This document shows, piece by piece, positions 1 to 11,051 of a stretch of 64,000 bases of DNA (its first letter is position 1; each line of letters starts with the position of its first letter). The notes beneath the pieces were generated by a model. The model was not told the DNA's origin. It worked only from the letters and a program-made list of their open reading frames with translations, and made no database searches. Both the position numbers and the translations under genes were made by a program. Source of the DNA: an uncultured delta proteobacterium (GTDB taxonomy: Bacteria; Desulfobacterota; Desulfuromonadia; Desulfuromonadales; JACZKF01); contig CAWFKQ010000006.1 of the NCBI GenBank assembly GCA_963816395.1, positions 128,001 through 192,000 of the forward strand, given 5' to 3'.

Positions 1-1658
1 GGGCATTGGACTGGTGGCTGATCGGGGTCATGAAGCAGGAGGAGGCGGCGATCGCCACCGCCATGAAGAAGGGTTTGGGGCTGACCGCCAGATCGAGGGC
101 GGTATTGAAGGCGATGGGGGCGATCAGCACGGCGGCGGCGGCGTGGCTCATGACCTCGGTGAGGGTGAAAGTCAGCAGGAAAATCGCTCCCAGCACCACC
201 CAGGGACCGAACGGACCGACCCCGCGGATGATCTGCTCGGCCAGAAAACGGGCGGCGCCGCTGTTCTCCAGGGCCAGGCCAAGGGGCAGGGTGCCGGCTA
301 TGAGAACGATGATCATCCAGTCGATGCTTTCATAGGCTTCCTTGGGAGTAAGGCAGCGGGAGAGCACCATCACCAGCGCCCCGAGGGTGGCGGAAAGCAT
401 GATCGGCAAGATGCCGGTGGCGGTCAGCACCACCACCGCCAATAGCGTGAGGAGCGCCACCGGCGCCTTGCGCGGCCGGTAGGAGACCGGCGGCACCCCG
501 CCCAGCAGAAGAAAACCGTGTTCCTTGCCGAGATGAATCACCCGCTCCTCCGGCCCCTGCAGGAGCAGTACATCGCCGAACTGCAGAGTCACATGATCGA
601 CCTTCTTCACCACCGGCGCCCCCCGGCGCCAGATGGCCAGGACGGTCAGTCCATGGGTATCGGCGAAGCGCACCTCGCGCAGGGTCCTGCCGACCATTTC
701 GCTGGTGGGGGTCAGGGAGACCTCCACCACCACCAGATCTTCCTGCCGTTCCGATTCGGCCACCGGATTGCGCTTCTCCGGCACCACCGCCAGCCCTTTT
801 TTCTCCCGCACCCGGAGAATCGCTTCCGGGTTCCCCTCGAGAAAAAGGATGTCCCCCGGCTGAATCTTGCGGTTGCGATGCGGGAAGGGAATTTTCAGGT
901 TGCCGCGCAGGATGGCCCGCACCTTCAGCGGGAATTCCTCCTCCAGGCCGCTCTTGGCGATGGTCGCACCGGCCAGTGGCGACTGCGGCAGGATCTCCAC
1001 CTCGGTGATGTATTCCTTTACCTGATAGACCTCGGTCAGGCTCCCCGCCCTTCGCTGCGGCAGCAGGTGCCGGCCGACCAGGGACATGTACAGAACCCCC
1101 GCTGCCAACACCACCACGCCCACCGGAGTGAAATCGAACATGGCGAAACTCTGCCCGGCGTATCCCTGCAGCAGGGCATTCATCAGGATGTTCGGCGGGG
1201 TGCCGATAAGGGTGCAGACGCCGCCGAGCAGGGAGCCGAAGGCGAGCGGGATGAGGAGCTTGGAAGGGGCTGATCCGGCTCTTCCGCGACATGGACATGA
1301 CGATCGGCATGAGCATGGCCGTGGCGCCTATGTTGTTGATGAAGGAAGAAAAGAAGGCGCTGGTGAGCATGATGGTCGCCACCAGCCGGGGTTCGCTGTT
1401 GCCGGCGATGCGCATCAGGCGTTCCCCCAGCGGGCCGAGGGCGCCGGTATTGTTGAGGGCGGCACTGATCACGAACATGGCGGCGACGGTGATCACCGCC
1501 GGATTGGCGAAGCCGGAGAACGCCTGCTCGGCGGTAACCAGGCCGGTAAAGGCGAGGGTCAGCAGCACCATCAGGCTGACCAGATCCATGCGGACCCAGT
1601 CGGTTGCGAACAAGACGATGGCCGCCAGCAGAATGAGCAGGACCAGGACGATTTCCAT
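1..1658 (-). CDS. SLC13/CitMHS-family anion permease with TrkA-C domains (3' end outside the window; frameshift near 1270)
   Basis: N-term MEIVLVLLILLAAIVLFATDWVRMDLV...AFSGFANPAVITVAAMFVISAAL...FFSSFINNIGATAMLMP; after a shift it continues SKLLIPLAFGSLLGGVCTLIGTPPNIL and TrkA-C-like LTEVYQVKEYITEVEILPQSPLAG. Confidence 0.85.
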
Positions 1659-1736
1659 GGCGCTCCCGAGTCAGCCCGGCAAAAGGGTGTGCAGCCGTCT
1701 TTTGCCTTTTTGATAGTTTAATCGAGTCGGAATGGG

Positions 1737-2384
1737 TTACAAGGGCCGGAAATTACAGGCCTTGAGAGCGGAGAGAAGATCGGCGGCGGCAACCGCCGGG
1801 TCGGCGGCGCCGAGGATGGCCGAGATGCAGGCGATGCCGGCGGCGCCGGCGGCGAGGGTTGCGGGGAGATTCTCCGCCTTCACCCCGCCCAGGGCGAAGA
1901 CCGGCAGCGGCGCGGCGGCGCAGGCGCGGCGCAGGGCCTCCAGGCCGACCGGATTGCCGTAGGCGGCCTTGGCGGGGGTGAAATAAACCGGGCCGAAGGT
2001 GACGAAGTCGGCGCCGGCCGTGCGCGCCGCCGGCACCTCCGGCGGCGCATGCGTGGAAACGCCGATCAGGCGGTCGGGGCCGAGGAGGTGCCGAACTGCC
2101 GCGACCGGCAGCGAGCCGCCCCCCAGGTGCACCCCGTCGGCCTCGACCGCCAGCGCCACATCGATCCGCTCGTTGATCAGCAGCCGGGCAGCGAAGCGAC
2201 GGGTGAGGGCGCGCAGTTCCCGGGCCAGGTCGAAGAGCTCGCCGGCCGGCAGATCCTTCTCGCGCAGCTGCACCGCCCGTACCCCGCCCTCCAGCGCGCG
2301 GGCCACCGCCCGCGGCAGGTCGCCGTCCGGCACCTGCCGGCGGTCGGTGATGAGATAGAGAGCGAAGTCGATGGGGGCGGACAT
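1737..2384 (-). CDS. thiE: Thiamine-phosphate synthase
   Basis: LYLITDR, VQLREK, LLINERIDVALAVEADGVHLG, IGVSTH, FGPVYFTPAK, VFALGG motifs; thi operon context. Confidence 0.95.
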   Translation of the reverse strand: MSAPIDFALYLITDRRQVPDGDLPRAVARALEGGVRAVQLREKDLPAGELFDLARELRALTRRFAARLLINERIDVALAVEADGVHLGGGSLPVAAVRHLLGPDRLIGVSTHAPPEVPAARTAGADFVTFGPVYFTPAKAAYGNPVGLEALRRACAAAPLPVFALGGVKAENLPATLAAGAAGIACISAILGAADPAVAAADLLSALKACNFRPL

Positions 2385-2397
2385 GGTCTTTCAAGGG

Positions 2398-2488
2398 GTA
2401 GGGACGTGATTCATCACCCCGGGGCAGGAAACGTCCGGGACACGGAAAACGTCTGGTCCGCGGATCAGGGCAATGAATTTCGCCCTAC
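2398..2488. repeat. Inverted pair of GTAG-type REP-like palindromes
   Basis: + GTAGGGACGTGATTCATCACCCC (2398-2420) and - GTAGGGCGAAATTCATTGCCC (2468-2488). Confidence 0.65.
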
Positions 2489-3619
2489 GAATTTATGCGC
2501 CGTCCGGTCGAGGAACGCCCCGTCCCAGTCCTTCCAGACCGCTTCATACCCCTTGGCGCGAATCATCCGGCTGACTTCCGCCGGGGTGCGGTCGTCGTCG
2601 ATGGCGAACTGGCGGGTGCTCTGCTCGCCGGTGGCATAACCGCCGGGGGCGGTGCAGGAGCCGGCGCTCATCTGGGTGATCCCCAGGGGGAGCAGATGGT
2701 CGCGCAGGCGGGCGCTTTCGCGGGTGGAGAGAACCAGCCCGGCATCGGGCAGGAGCAGGCGCAGAGCACAGATGAGCTGCACGAACTGGGGGTCGGGGAC
2801 GGGGTTCAGGGGGGCGAAACCGCCATCGGCGGGGCGGATGCGCGGGAAGGAGACGGAGACCAGGGAGCGCCAGAAATGCCGCGAGAGAAAAAGAGCGTGC
2901 AGGCCGACGAAAAAGGCTTCGGCGCGAAACTGCCCCAGGCCGAGCAGGGCGCCCAGGCCGATCCGGCGCAGCCCTGCCGCCCCGCCCCGTTCGGGGGTGA
3001 GCAGGCGCCAGTCGAAGTCCCGCTTGCGGCCGAAGGGATGCATCTCAGCATACAGGCGGCGGTCGTAGGTCTCCTGATAGATGGTCAGCCCGTCCACTCC
3101 GGCGTCCACCATCAGCCGGTAGCCGGCCTCGTCCATCGGGTAGACTTCGATGCCGACCGAGCTGAACAGCGGTCGAATGCGCCGCACCGCCGCCGCCAGG
3201 GCCTCGTTGTCCACCGCCCGCGGCAGCTCGCCGGTGACCAGCAGGACATGGCGGAATCCCTGCCGGTGCAGCACCAGCGCCTCCGCCTCGATCTCGTCCA
3301 GGGTCAGGGTGCGCCGCGGCACCTGGTTGCCGGCGTTGAAGCCGCAGTAGCGGCAGCCGTTGCTGCATTCGTTGGAGAGGTAGATGGGAGCATACATCAG
3401 GATGGTGCGCCCGAAGCGCTGCACGCTCAGACGGTGCGCCTGCTGGGCCATCGGCTCCAGGAACGCTTCCGCCGCCGGCGAGAGCAGGGCCATGAGATCC
3501 TCCGGCCGCCGCCGCTCGGCGCCTAAGGCCCGCTCCACGTCGCGGGGCGTTTTCCCCGCGATCTGCTCCAGGACGGTGTCGTAGTCGTAATTGCCGATTT
3601 CGTCGAGAAAGGTTGTCAT
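2465..3619 (-). CDS. thiH: 2-iminoacetate synthase (radical SAM tyrosine lyase)
   Basis: YAPIYLSNECSNGCRYCGF (CxxxCxxC), YQETY, LSTRE, MSAGSCTAPGGY, QFAIDDDR, VWKDWD. Confidence 0.96.
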   Translation of the reverse strand: MTTFLDEIGNYDYDTVLEQIAGKTPRDVERALGAERRRPEDLMALLSPAAEAFLEPMAQQAHRLSVQRFGRTILMYAPIYLSNECSNGCRYCGFNAGNQVPRRTLTLDEIEAEALVLHRQGFRHVLLVTGELPRAVDNEALAAAVRRIRPLFSSVGIEVYPMDEAGYRLMVDAGVDGLTIYQETYDRRLYAEMHPFGRKRDFDWRLLTPERGGAAGLRRIGLGALLGLGQFRAEAFFVGLHALFLSRHFWRSLVSVSFPRIRPADGGFAPLNPVPDPQFVQLICALRLLLPDAGLVLSTRESARLRDHLLPLGITQMSAGSCTAPGGYATGEQSTRQFAIDDDRTPAEVSRMIRAKGYEAVWKDWDGAFLDRTAHKFVGRNSLP

Positions 3620-3667
3620 AGCTGTACCTGCCTGCTGGTGAAAAATTCATCGGGCCGAAATCGGTCC

Positions 3668-3689
3668 GATCCGACTGATCGGTCGGATC
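3668..3689. repeat. Short palindrome within a TCGG/CCGA-rich intergenic repeat
   Basis: GATCCGAC-tgatcg-GTCGGATC between thiG and thiH. Confidence 0.5.
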
Positions 3690-3694
3690 GATTT

Positions 3695-4465
3695 TCAGCT
3701 TCGCAAAAACCCCGTCAGCGGGCTCGAGGCCGCGGCCTGCCGGCGCTCCTCCCCCAAACCGGCGAGATAGGCTTCGCGGCCGGCCTCTACCCCCTTGCGG
3801 AAAGCGGCGGCCATGCGCGCCGGGTCGGGGGAGACGGCCAGGGCGGTGTTGACCAGCACGGCGTCGGCGCCCATCTCCATCGCTTCGGCGGCGTGCGAGG
3901 GGGCGCCCAGACCGGCGTCGACCACCACCGGCACAGTGGCCTGCTCGATGATGATGGCGATCTGTTCACGGGTGCGCAGCCCCCGGTTGGTGCCGATGGG
4001 CGCGCCCAGCGGCATCACCGTGGCGGTGCCGACCTCCTGCAGGCGCTTGGCCAGCACCGGGTCGGCATTGATGTAGGGAAGGACGGTAAACCCTTCCTTG
4101 ACCAGGATCTGCGCCGCCTTGAGGGTCTCCACCGGGTCGGGCAGCAGGTAGTAGGGGTCGGGGGTGACTTCCAGCTTTACCCACGGCTCACAGCCGGCGG
4201 CCCGCGCCAGGCGCGCCAGGCGCACCGCCTCCTCGGCGTCGCGGGCACCGCTGGTGTTGGGCAGCAGCAGGTACTTATCCCGGTCGATATGCGCCAGCAT
4301 ATCGTCGCCGCGATTTTCGATATCCACCCGGCGCAGGGCAACGGTGACGATTTCGCACCCGGAAGCCGTCATCGCCGCCGCCATCACCGCGTTCGAAGCG
4401 AACTTGCCGGTGCCGACGAGAAGTCTTGATTTGAAGCGTCGTCCTGCAATAATGAGGTCGTCCAT
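3695..4465 (-). CDS. thiG: Thiazole synthase
   Basis: [54 protein letters not shown]. Confidence 0.97.
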   Translation of the reverse strand: MDDLIIAGRRFKSRLLVGTGKFASNAVMAAAMTASGCEIVTVALRRVDIENRGDDMLAHIDRDKYLLLPNTSGARDAEEAVRLARLARAAGCEPWVKLEVTPDPYYLLPDPVETLKAAQILVKEGFTVLPYINADPVLAKRLQEVGTATVMPLGAPIGTNRGLRTREQIAIIIEQATVPVVVDAGLGAPSHAAEAMEMGADAVLVNTALAVSPDPARMAAAFRKGVEAGREAYLAGLGEERRQAAASSPLTGFLRS

Positions 4466-4477
4466 GTCTAATTCCCC

Positions 4478-4541
4478 AATTTTGAATTCTGAATTTTGAA
4501 TTTTGAATTAATTGAACATTAAGAATTCAAAATTCAAAATT
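4478..4541. repeat. AT-rich heptamer (AATTTTG/CAAAATT) tandem repeats arranged as an inverted hairpin
   Basis: aattttg-aattctg-aattttg-aattttg-aatt ... aattcaa-aattcaa-aatt. Confidence 0.8.
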
Positions 4542-4546
4542 GCTTT

Positions 4547-4747
4547 TCAGCCTCCGCCGACGAAATGCACGATCTCCAGCAATCGCCGTCGGTCAGCGCG
4601 GTCTCGGCGAAGCGGCTCTTCGGCAGGATGGCCCGGTTGAGCTCGACCGCCACCCGGTCGATCTCCATCTGCAGCGCTTCCAGAAGCGCCAGGACGGTTG
4701 CCCCGACTGGCCAACTCGCGTTCCTTGCCGTTGACAATGATCGTCAT
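4547..4747 (-). CDS. thiS: Sulfur carrier protein ThiS (two compensating frameshifts)
   Basis: MTIIVNGKEREL.. / ..TVLALLEALQMEIDRVAVELNRAILPKSRFAETALTDGD / ..LEIVHFVGGG; C-terminal GG. Confidence 0.9.
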   Translation of the reverse strand: MTIIVNGKERELASRGNRPGASGSAADGDRPGGGRAQPGHPAEEPLRRDRADRRRLLEIVHFVGGG

Positions 4748-4772
4748 TTTTCCATCCCTTCCGGATTCTCGG

Positions 4773-4813
4773 TTTTGAACCTTATTCAAAATTCACCATT
4801 CAAAATTCAAAAT
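4773..4813. repeat. Second copy of the TTCAAAA heptamer repeat family
   Basis: ttttgaaccttattcaaaattcaccattcaaaattcaaaat. Confidence 0.7.
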
Positions 4814-4817
4814 CGCC

Positions 4818-5625
4818 TTACTCCGGTTCTTCCCCGAGCAGCAGGCGCAACACGGCATTGGCCTGGTGGTGCGCGGCCACGCCGACCCGCGGCGCCATCA
4901 GCCCCTCGCCGGGGCGGGCGGCGGAGTGGCCATCCCCCACCACGTAGAGATGGGTGGCCGCCCGCCGAGTGCAGACGGTATTGGCCGGACCGTACCCGGC
5001 CAGCCCCGAGGCCGCAACCAGAGGGACGCCGGGGACATGGGCGAGAAAGCTCTCGGCGAGCATCGCCTTCTGATCCGGCGCGTCAAAGGCCTCCACCATG
5101 ACGTCCACTCCGGCGAAGAGGGTCGGGACATTGTCCGGCGTGAGGCGGTCGTTGAAGGAGGTTACCTGAACATAGGGATTAACCCGGGCCAGGTTCTGCC
5201 GCAAGGCCTCCACCTTCGGCAGGCCGATCTGGTCGACGAAGTATTGCTGACGATTGAGATTGGAGGGTTCGACGACATCGAAATCGGCGATGATCAACTG
5301 CCCCGACGCCGACCCGGGCCAGAGCGATGGCGATAGCCGAACCCAGACCGCCGGCTCCCGCGATGCCGACGCTGGCGGCTCGGACCCGCTCGTGTACTCC
5401 GGGGGTATGGCGGGCGACCAGCAGCGCCTCCATTTCCTCCGGCGGCGGCTGCTCGCCGCGGCGGATCAGCACGACCCGATCCCCCTCGGCCAGGGGGCGG
5501 TTTTCCTGCACCGGAAAACCGTTGAAGATGAGGATGTCCGCACCAGGTTTGCAGCGTTGGCGCACGTGAAAGAGGGTGGTGCCCTCAGCGATTTCCATCG
5601 AAATTTCGTTGACCAGTATCTGCAT
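4818..5625 (-). CDS. thiF: ThiS adenylyltransferase ThiF with N-terminal ThiS-like ubiquitin domain (frameshift near 5300)
   Basis: MQILVNE...ARHTPGVHERVRAASVGIAGAGGLGS; continues IIADFDVVEPSNLNRQQY...MAPRVGVAAHHQAN. Confidence 0.92.
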
Positions 5626-5626
5626 A

Positions 5627-5658
5627 AAAAACGAAAGGCCGCTAAAAAGCGGCCTTCT
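5627..5658 (-). terminator. Intrinsic-terminator-like hairpin in the thi leader (probable riboswitch expression platform)
   Basis: Minus strand aaggccgc-ttttta-gcggcctt followed by tcgttttt, just before the thiF ATG. Confidence 0.6.
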
Positions 5659-5685
5659 TCGGGGGATATGCTCCCGTTTGTCGGA

Positions 5686-5780
5686 TGCCGCTTCCCTACG
5701 CCGGTATGACCCGGATCAGGTTCAAAGGGTCACCATGCCGTGCGGCATGGCTCTCAGTAAAAATACTCCCCCAGGGCTTT
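5686..5780 (-). ncRNA. TPP riboswitch
   Basis: Minus strand GGGGGAG..CTGAGA..GACCCTTTGAACCTGATCCGGGTCATACCGGCGTAGGGAAG matches the THI-box consensus, upstream of thiF. Confidence 0.96.
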
Positions 5781-5927
5781 GCTATTCGGATGTTGGCTTG
5801 ATAAGCTAACAGCAGCCCCCGTGGTTGTCAACTCCTTTTCCGCCGGTCTTTTCCCGCGATTTCCGTTGTCTTGCCCGGTCTTTTCGCCTAATATTTTCAA
5901 TTTACGGCTGACTGTCAGAGAGGTCCC

Positions 5928-6245
5928 ATGAGCATTTCCGATCGTTACCGGCAACTGGCAGGGGAAGTCCACGCCTACTGGGAAGCGCTGCAGGCGGAAA
6001 TCGGCAGCGAAGGGAAAGAGGTAAGAATGGTCAGCAAGGCGGTCGAGGGGCTCGCCGAACTTAGCGAACAGGTAGGAGAGATCCCGCGCATTCGCCTGGA
6101 AGCCGAGCTTACCCCGGTTCTGCTCAAGGCACATACCAGTCTGGATAAAGCCCGGATCCTTTTCGAAGAGGCGGGAGCAGAAGAACGCGCCGTCGCCACC
6201 TGGGAGATGGAGCAGAAAATCTATCGGTTGTTGAATGATCTATGA
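5928..6245 (+). CDS. Hypothetical alpha-helical protein (105 aa)
   Basis: GAGG RBS, ATG start, natural composition; divergent from the thi operon. Confidence 0.75.
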   Translation: MSISDRYRQLAGEVHAYWEALQAEIGSEGKEVRMVSKAVEGLAELSEQVGEIPRIRLEAELTPVLLKAHTSLDKARILFEEAGAEERAVATWEMEQKIYRLLNDL

Positions 6246-6320
6246 AGGCTAGAGGCAAGAGGCTAGAGGCTAGAGGTGAAGGATCTGAAGTTCCCTCTTG
6301 CCTCTAGCCTCGTGCCTCTT
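6246..6320. repeat. Heptamer (AGGCTAG/AGGCAAG) tandem repeats forming an inverted hairpin between convergent genes
   Basis: aggctag-aggcaag-aggctag-aggctag ... cctcttg-cctctag-cctcgtg-cctctt. Confidence 0.8.
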
Positions 6321-6322
6321 CC

Positions 6323-7798
6323 CTAGACCTTTTCGATCGCCCGCCGCCAGCGCTCCAAAATAGCCTCCCGTTGATCGGCCGGCATCCGGGGCTCGAAGCG
6401 GCGGTCTTCCCGCCAGGCACGCCTGACTTCTTCCCGGCCGCTCCAGAATCCCGTCGCCAGGCCGGCCAGCAGGGCGGCGCCGAAGGCGGTGGTTTCCAGC
6501 AGCTGCGGCCGCACCACCGGCAGGCCGAGGAAATCGGCCTGGATCTGCATCAGCAGATCGTTGCGGGCGGCGCCGCCGTCCACCTTCAGCAGGGTCAGCG
6601 GCTTGCCCCGGTCTTCGGCCATTGCCGCAGCCAGGTCGACGATCTGCAGGGCGATCCCCTCCAGGGCGGCGCGCGCCAGGTGCGCCGCGGTCGTTCCCCG
6701 GGTGATGCCGGTGATGGCGCCGCGCGCTTCGCTCTTCCAGTGCGGGGCGCCGAGGCCCGTCAGAGCCGGGACGAAAACCACTTCGCCGCTGTCCGGCACC
6801 GAGGCGGCCAGCGCCTCGACATCGGCCGAGGACTGAAAAAGACCCAGACCGTCGCGCAGCCACTGCACCGCCGCCCCGGCGATGAAGGCGCTTCCTTCCA
6901 GGGCATAGGCCGTCTCGCCGGCGACCTGCCAGGCGACGGTGGTGAGCAGGCCGTGGCGGCTCTCGACGATTTCGCCGCCGGTATTTTCCAGCAGAAAGGC
7001 GCCGGTGCCGTAGGTGCACTTGCTTTCCCCGGGGACAAAGCAGGTCTGGCCGAACAGGGCGGCCTGCTGGTCGCCGGCCATGCCGCCTACCGGGATGCCG
7101 TCGGGAAGAACCTCCAGCCCCCGGGTGTGGCCGTAGATCTCGGAGGAGGGGCGGATTTCCGGCAGGAGCGGGCGGGGGACTTCCAGGTGCCCCAGCAGCT
7201 CCTCATCCCAGTCGAGGGTGCGCAGATCCATGAGCAGGGTGCGCGAGGCATTGGTGACATCGGTGACGTGCACGCCGCCGGTCAGCCGCCAGACCAGGAA
7301 GCTGTCGACGGTGCCGAAGGCCAGCTCGCCGGCCCGGGCGCGGCGGGCGAGGCCGCTCTCCCGCCGCAGTTGCCAGGCGAGCTTGGTGCCGGAGAAGTAG
7401 GGGTCGAAGAGGAGGCCGGTCTTCCGCCGGAAAAGCGGCTCCAGACCTTTCTCCCGCAGCTCCCGGCAGATGCCGGCGCTGCGGCGGTCCTGCCAGACGA
7501 TGGCGGGTCCGGAAGGCCGGCCGGAGGCGCGCTCCCACAAGAGGGTGGTTTCCCGCTGGTTGGTGATGCCGATGGCGGCCACCTGCCGCCCCTCCGCCCC
7601 GGCCCGTTCCAGGGCCCGGCGGATCGCCTGCAGGACGGAGAACCAGATTTCCTCCGGGTCGTGCTCGACCCACCCCGGCTGCGGGAAGTGCTGGGGGAAG
7701 TCGACGGTGGCCCGGCCGCGTACGGCCAGGGTGCGGTCGATCAGCAGGGCGGTGCTGCCGGTAGTGCCCTGATCGATGGCCAGAATAAATTCGCCCAT
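6323..7798 (-). CDS. glpK: Glycerol kinase
   Basis: [75 protein letters not shown]. Confidence 0.97.
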   Translation of the reverse strand: MGEFILAIDQGTTGSTALLIDRTLAVRGRATVDFPQHFPQPGWVEHDPEEIWFSVLQAIRRALERAGAEGRQVAAIGITNQRETTLLWERASGRPSGPAIVWQDRRSAGICRELREKGLEPLFRRKTGLLFDPYFSGTKLAWQLRRESGLARRARAGELAFGTVDSFLVWRLTGGVHVTDVTNASRTLLMDLRTLDWDEELLGHLEVPRPLLPEIRPSSEIYGHTRGLEVLPDGIPVGGMAGDQQAALFGQTCFVPGESKCTYGTGAFLLENTGGEIVESRHGLLTTVAWQVAGETAYALEGSAFIAGAAVQWLRDGLGLFQSSADVEALAASVPDSGEVVFVPALTGLGAPHWKSEARGAITGITRGTTAAHLARAALEGIALQIVDLAAAMAEDRGKPLTLLKVDGGAARNDLLMQIQADFLGLPVVRPQLLETTAFGAALLAGLATGFWSGREEVRRAWREDRRFEPRMPADQREAILERWRRAIEKV

Positions 7799-7893
7799 GC
7801 TGCACCTCATGAAAACCGGGAAAGTTTTTCCCAGTATAGGGACGGCCCGGGGAAGCGTCAAGGCGGCCCCGTTCGCTTCCCTCCGGAGGAGAT

Positions 7894-9692
7894 ATGGCGA
7901 GATTCCTTTCCCTCCTGCTCCTGCTTCTCACCGCCGGCTGCGCCGGCCGGCCGGTACCGGCGCCGGAAGTCTTCCTGCAGGATACGCAGATCGGCACCGA
8001 TGCCGTCTGGCAAAAGCGGGTGATCATCGGTGGGACGGTCAAGGTGAGCCGGGGAGCGACCCTGACCATCCGCCCCGGGACCGAGGTCGTCTTTCTCCAC
8101 CGGGATCTGGATGGGGATGGTCTCGGCGACGCCTCCCTGCTGATTGAGGGAGCGCTGCACGCCGAAGGAAGCCGCGGGCAACCGATCCTCTTCCACAGTG
8201 CCGCCGCCGACCCGCATCCCGGGGACTGGCGGGGCATCCATTTCGTCTCCTCTGCCGACGTGCGCCTGCGCTGGTGCGAAATTGCCGATGCCGCCAGCGC
8301 CCTGTGGGCCGACTCCTCCCGGGGGACGGTGGAAGACTGCACGCTGCGCCACAACCTCGAGGGCAGCCGCCTGGAGCAGGCGACTTTCCTTTTCCGCAAC
8401 TGCCTGATCGAGGAAAACCGGGATCTCGGTATCGCAATGCGCGATTCGCAGGTGGAAATCGCGCGTTCCATTCTCCGCTACAACGGCGCCGCCATCGATC
8501 TCACCCTCGGCGGCGCCTGCCTCCTGCACGAGAATAACCTGTACGGCAACCGCCTGCCGCTCAGCCCGGAAGATCCCCTGGGCAACCTGCAGGCCTCCGG
8601 TAACTGGTGGGGCAATACCGGCCCGGCCGAGGGCGCTCACGCTGCGCAACCGGCCCAGCAGTGGGTGGCCGGAACCGGCCCGCGTGATGCGCTGCTCCTG
8701 CGCGAGGCCTGGCGTTTCAGTACCGACGGATTCGTCGATGCCGGTCCGGCGGCAGGGGCCGATGCGGTCTTCGTCCCGTCCTGGGACGGCCGGCTGTATG
8801 CCCTCGACAGCGGCGGGAAACTGCTGTGGAGCCGGCCGCTGGGGGATATTCTCGAGGCGAAGCCGGTGATCGACGGCGGGGCCGTCTATGTCCAGAGCTG
8901 GCAGCGGGAGGTCTACGCACTCGATTGCCATGACGGCCGGGAGGTCTGGCGGTTCACCTATCCCCCTTCGGCGGCCGATGATTACATCCAGGGGGGGCTG
9001 ATCGACGCCGGCGACCTGCTCCTGGTGCCGGGTTGGAATGGCAACCTGTACGCCCTGGACAAGGTGGACGGTGCCCGGCGCTGGCTGGCGCCGGCCGGTG
9101 AGCCGCTGCGCGTTGCGCCGGCAACTGACGGCGAGCGGGTCTATCAGGCCAGCGGCGCCGGGCTGATCACGGCCTGGAGCCTTGCCGGCAAGCGCCTCTG
9201 GCGCGCCGATTCCGGGGCCCCCCTGCTCGCCGCCCCGGCGATAACCCCGCAGGGGCCCGTGGCGGTCACCTGCGACGGAATTCTGGTCGCCTTCGACCGG
9301 CACGGCCGGGAGCGCTGGCGGCGCAAGCTGGGCGAAGCGTGTTTTTACGGCGCTCCGGTGTATCAGAACCGCGCCCTTTATCTCGGCACCTCCGAGGGGA
9401 CCGCTGTGGAAGCTGGAAGCGGACAGCGGCCGGGAAATCTGGCGGCTGCGGGCGACCGGCCCCATCCATGGCACCCCACTGTTGACCGATGGGCGAATCT
9501 TCATCGGCGACAGCAGCGGCAACCTGCTGGTGGTCGGGGCCGAAAGCGGCGAGCTGCTGGCGACCTTCCGAAGCGCCGGAGAAATCCGCGGCACACCCGT
9601 CATGTTCGACCGATCACCTGGTATTCGGTTCCCGCGATCACCGCGTCTATGCCCTGGATTTGATCGTTCCGGAAAAGGGCAGTGAGATATAG
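7894..9692 (+). CDS. Lipoprotein with right-handed beta-helix domain plus PQQ-like (BamB-type) beta-propeller repeats (frameshifts near 9400 and 9610)
   Basis: Lipobox [22 protein letters not shown]...IEGALHAEG...WRGI beta-helix start; repeated [38 protein letters not shown]. Confidence 0.75.
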
Positions 9693-9886
9693 GGAGATAG
9701 ACAGCACTGTCCACCCCCTGACGATTTTCTTTTGTTAATTTTTACTAGCTCACCACTGACCACTTACTTACCCTTTCCTGGTTCCCAACCACCGGCAACA
9801 GGCCCTGTCAGGTGCCGGAGGTTGCAAACATCCGGTAGGGGGCTAAAGTTTCCTTAAGGGCATGAAGGCCTCGAAAGGAGAGGAAA

Positions 9887-10336
9887 ATGAAAGATTTCGC
9901 GCGCTTGCTGGTGCTGGCCGCCGGACTTCTGGTGCTTCTTCTGGCCGGCTGCGAGCAGAAGAAGGATGAGGGAGTTCGTACCACGATTTATGACAAGGCG
10001 AAACTGGCCGAGGGGCAGGGGGAGAAGGCGCCAGTACTGCTGCCGGTGCAACAGCAGGAATATCTCGATTCGGTGAAGAACCGGCTGGCCGATCTGGATA
10101 ACCGGATCGGGAAGCTGAAGGACAAGGTCGCGGCGCTTCCGGAGGCAGCCCGGAGTAAATTCACTGGCCAGATGGAGGAGTTGCGCAAAGAGCGGGAGCT
10201 GGCGAAGGAGAAATTCAGTCAGTTGCAGGAAGCCGGTACCGATGGTTGGCAGCAGGCGAAAGAGGCGATGGATGGCGCCATCAGCAAACTGGAAGAGAAT
10301 GTCAATCAGCTCACCATCCAGATGGAAAAGACCTGA
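9887..10336 (+). CDS. Coiled-coil lipoprotein, hypothetical
   Basis: GGAGAGG RBS, lipobox LLAGC, long heptad-rich helix. Confidence 0.75.
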   Translation: MKDFARLLVLAAGLLVLLLAGCEQKKDEGVRTTIYDKAKLAEGQGEKAPVLLPVQQQEYLDSVKNRLADLDNRIGKLKDKVAALPEAARSKFTGQMEELRKERELAKEKFSQLQEAGTDGWQQAKEAMDGAISKLEENVNQLTIQMEKT

Positions 10337-10349
10337 AGCGGGACACCTG

Positions 10350-10996
10350 ATGCGGACTTGCATTACCCTGTTGATGATTCTGCTGGGGAGCGCGGCGGCA
10401 CTGGCGGCCGCTCCGGTCCGGGTGATCGATGATTTCGAAACCGGCCTCCTAATTCCCATTGGGAAGTAAAATCGTTCAAAGGACACACCGATTATCAGGT
10501 TGTTGCCGAAGCGGGCGGCCGGGTGCTGCAGGCGGTGAGCCGTGGGACTGCTTCCGGCCTGATTTACCGGATCGACTATGATCCGCATGATTTTCCGCTG
10601 CTGCACTGGCGCTGGAAAATCTCCAATGTGCTGGCCAAGGGAGATGCTGCCCGGAAAGAGGGGGATGATTATGCCGCACGGGTTTACGTCGTCTTTCCGC
10701 ACTGGTTCCCACTGAAAACCCGCAGCATCAACTATATCTGGGCCAATCGGCTGCCGCGGGGCGCATCCCTTCCCAACGCTTTTTTCAGCAGGGCGATGAT
10801 GCTGGCGGTGGAGAGCGGCACCGCCAAGGTGGGGCAGTGGGTAGAGGAGACGCGGAATGTCCGGGACGATTTCCGGCGCCTGTTCGGCGGCGAACCACCG
10901 GCGGTCGGCGCCATTGCCATCATGACCGATTCCGATAATACGGGCGAGGCGGCGACCGCCTGGTATGACGACCTGCGGATCGAAGCGCATCCGTAG
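10350..10996 (+). CDS. DUF3047-family exported protein (frameshift near 10445)
   Basis: Signal peptide, then WEVKSFKGHTDY..ASGL..LHWRWK..KEGDDYAARVYVVF..INYIWAN..WVEETRNVRDDF..AIAIMTDSDNT. Confidence 0.85.
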
Positions 10997-11051
10997 GCCT
11001 GCTATTTATTGCGCCCCTGAGAAACCGAGGGAGGGGAGAAAGGGGGCGGTC

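Noticed and set aside
4478..6320. Short repeat arrays as CRISPR
   Set aside because: Units are 7-9 nt without unique spacers; no cas genes
9780..9886. Possible c-di-GMP riboswitch upstream of the lipoprotein
   Set aside because: Only superficial GCAAA/CTAAAG words; the GEMM P1/P2 architecture could not be built, and it reads better as a promoter region
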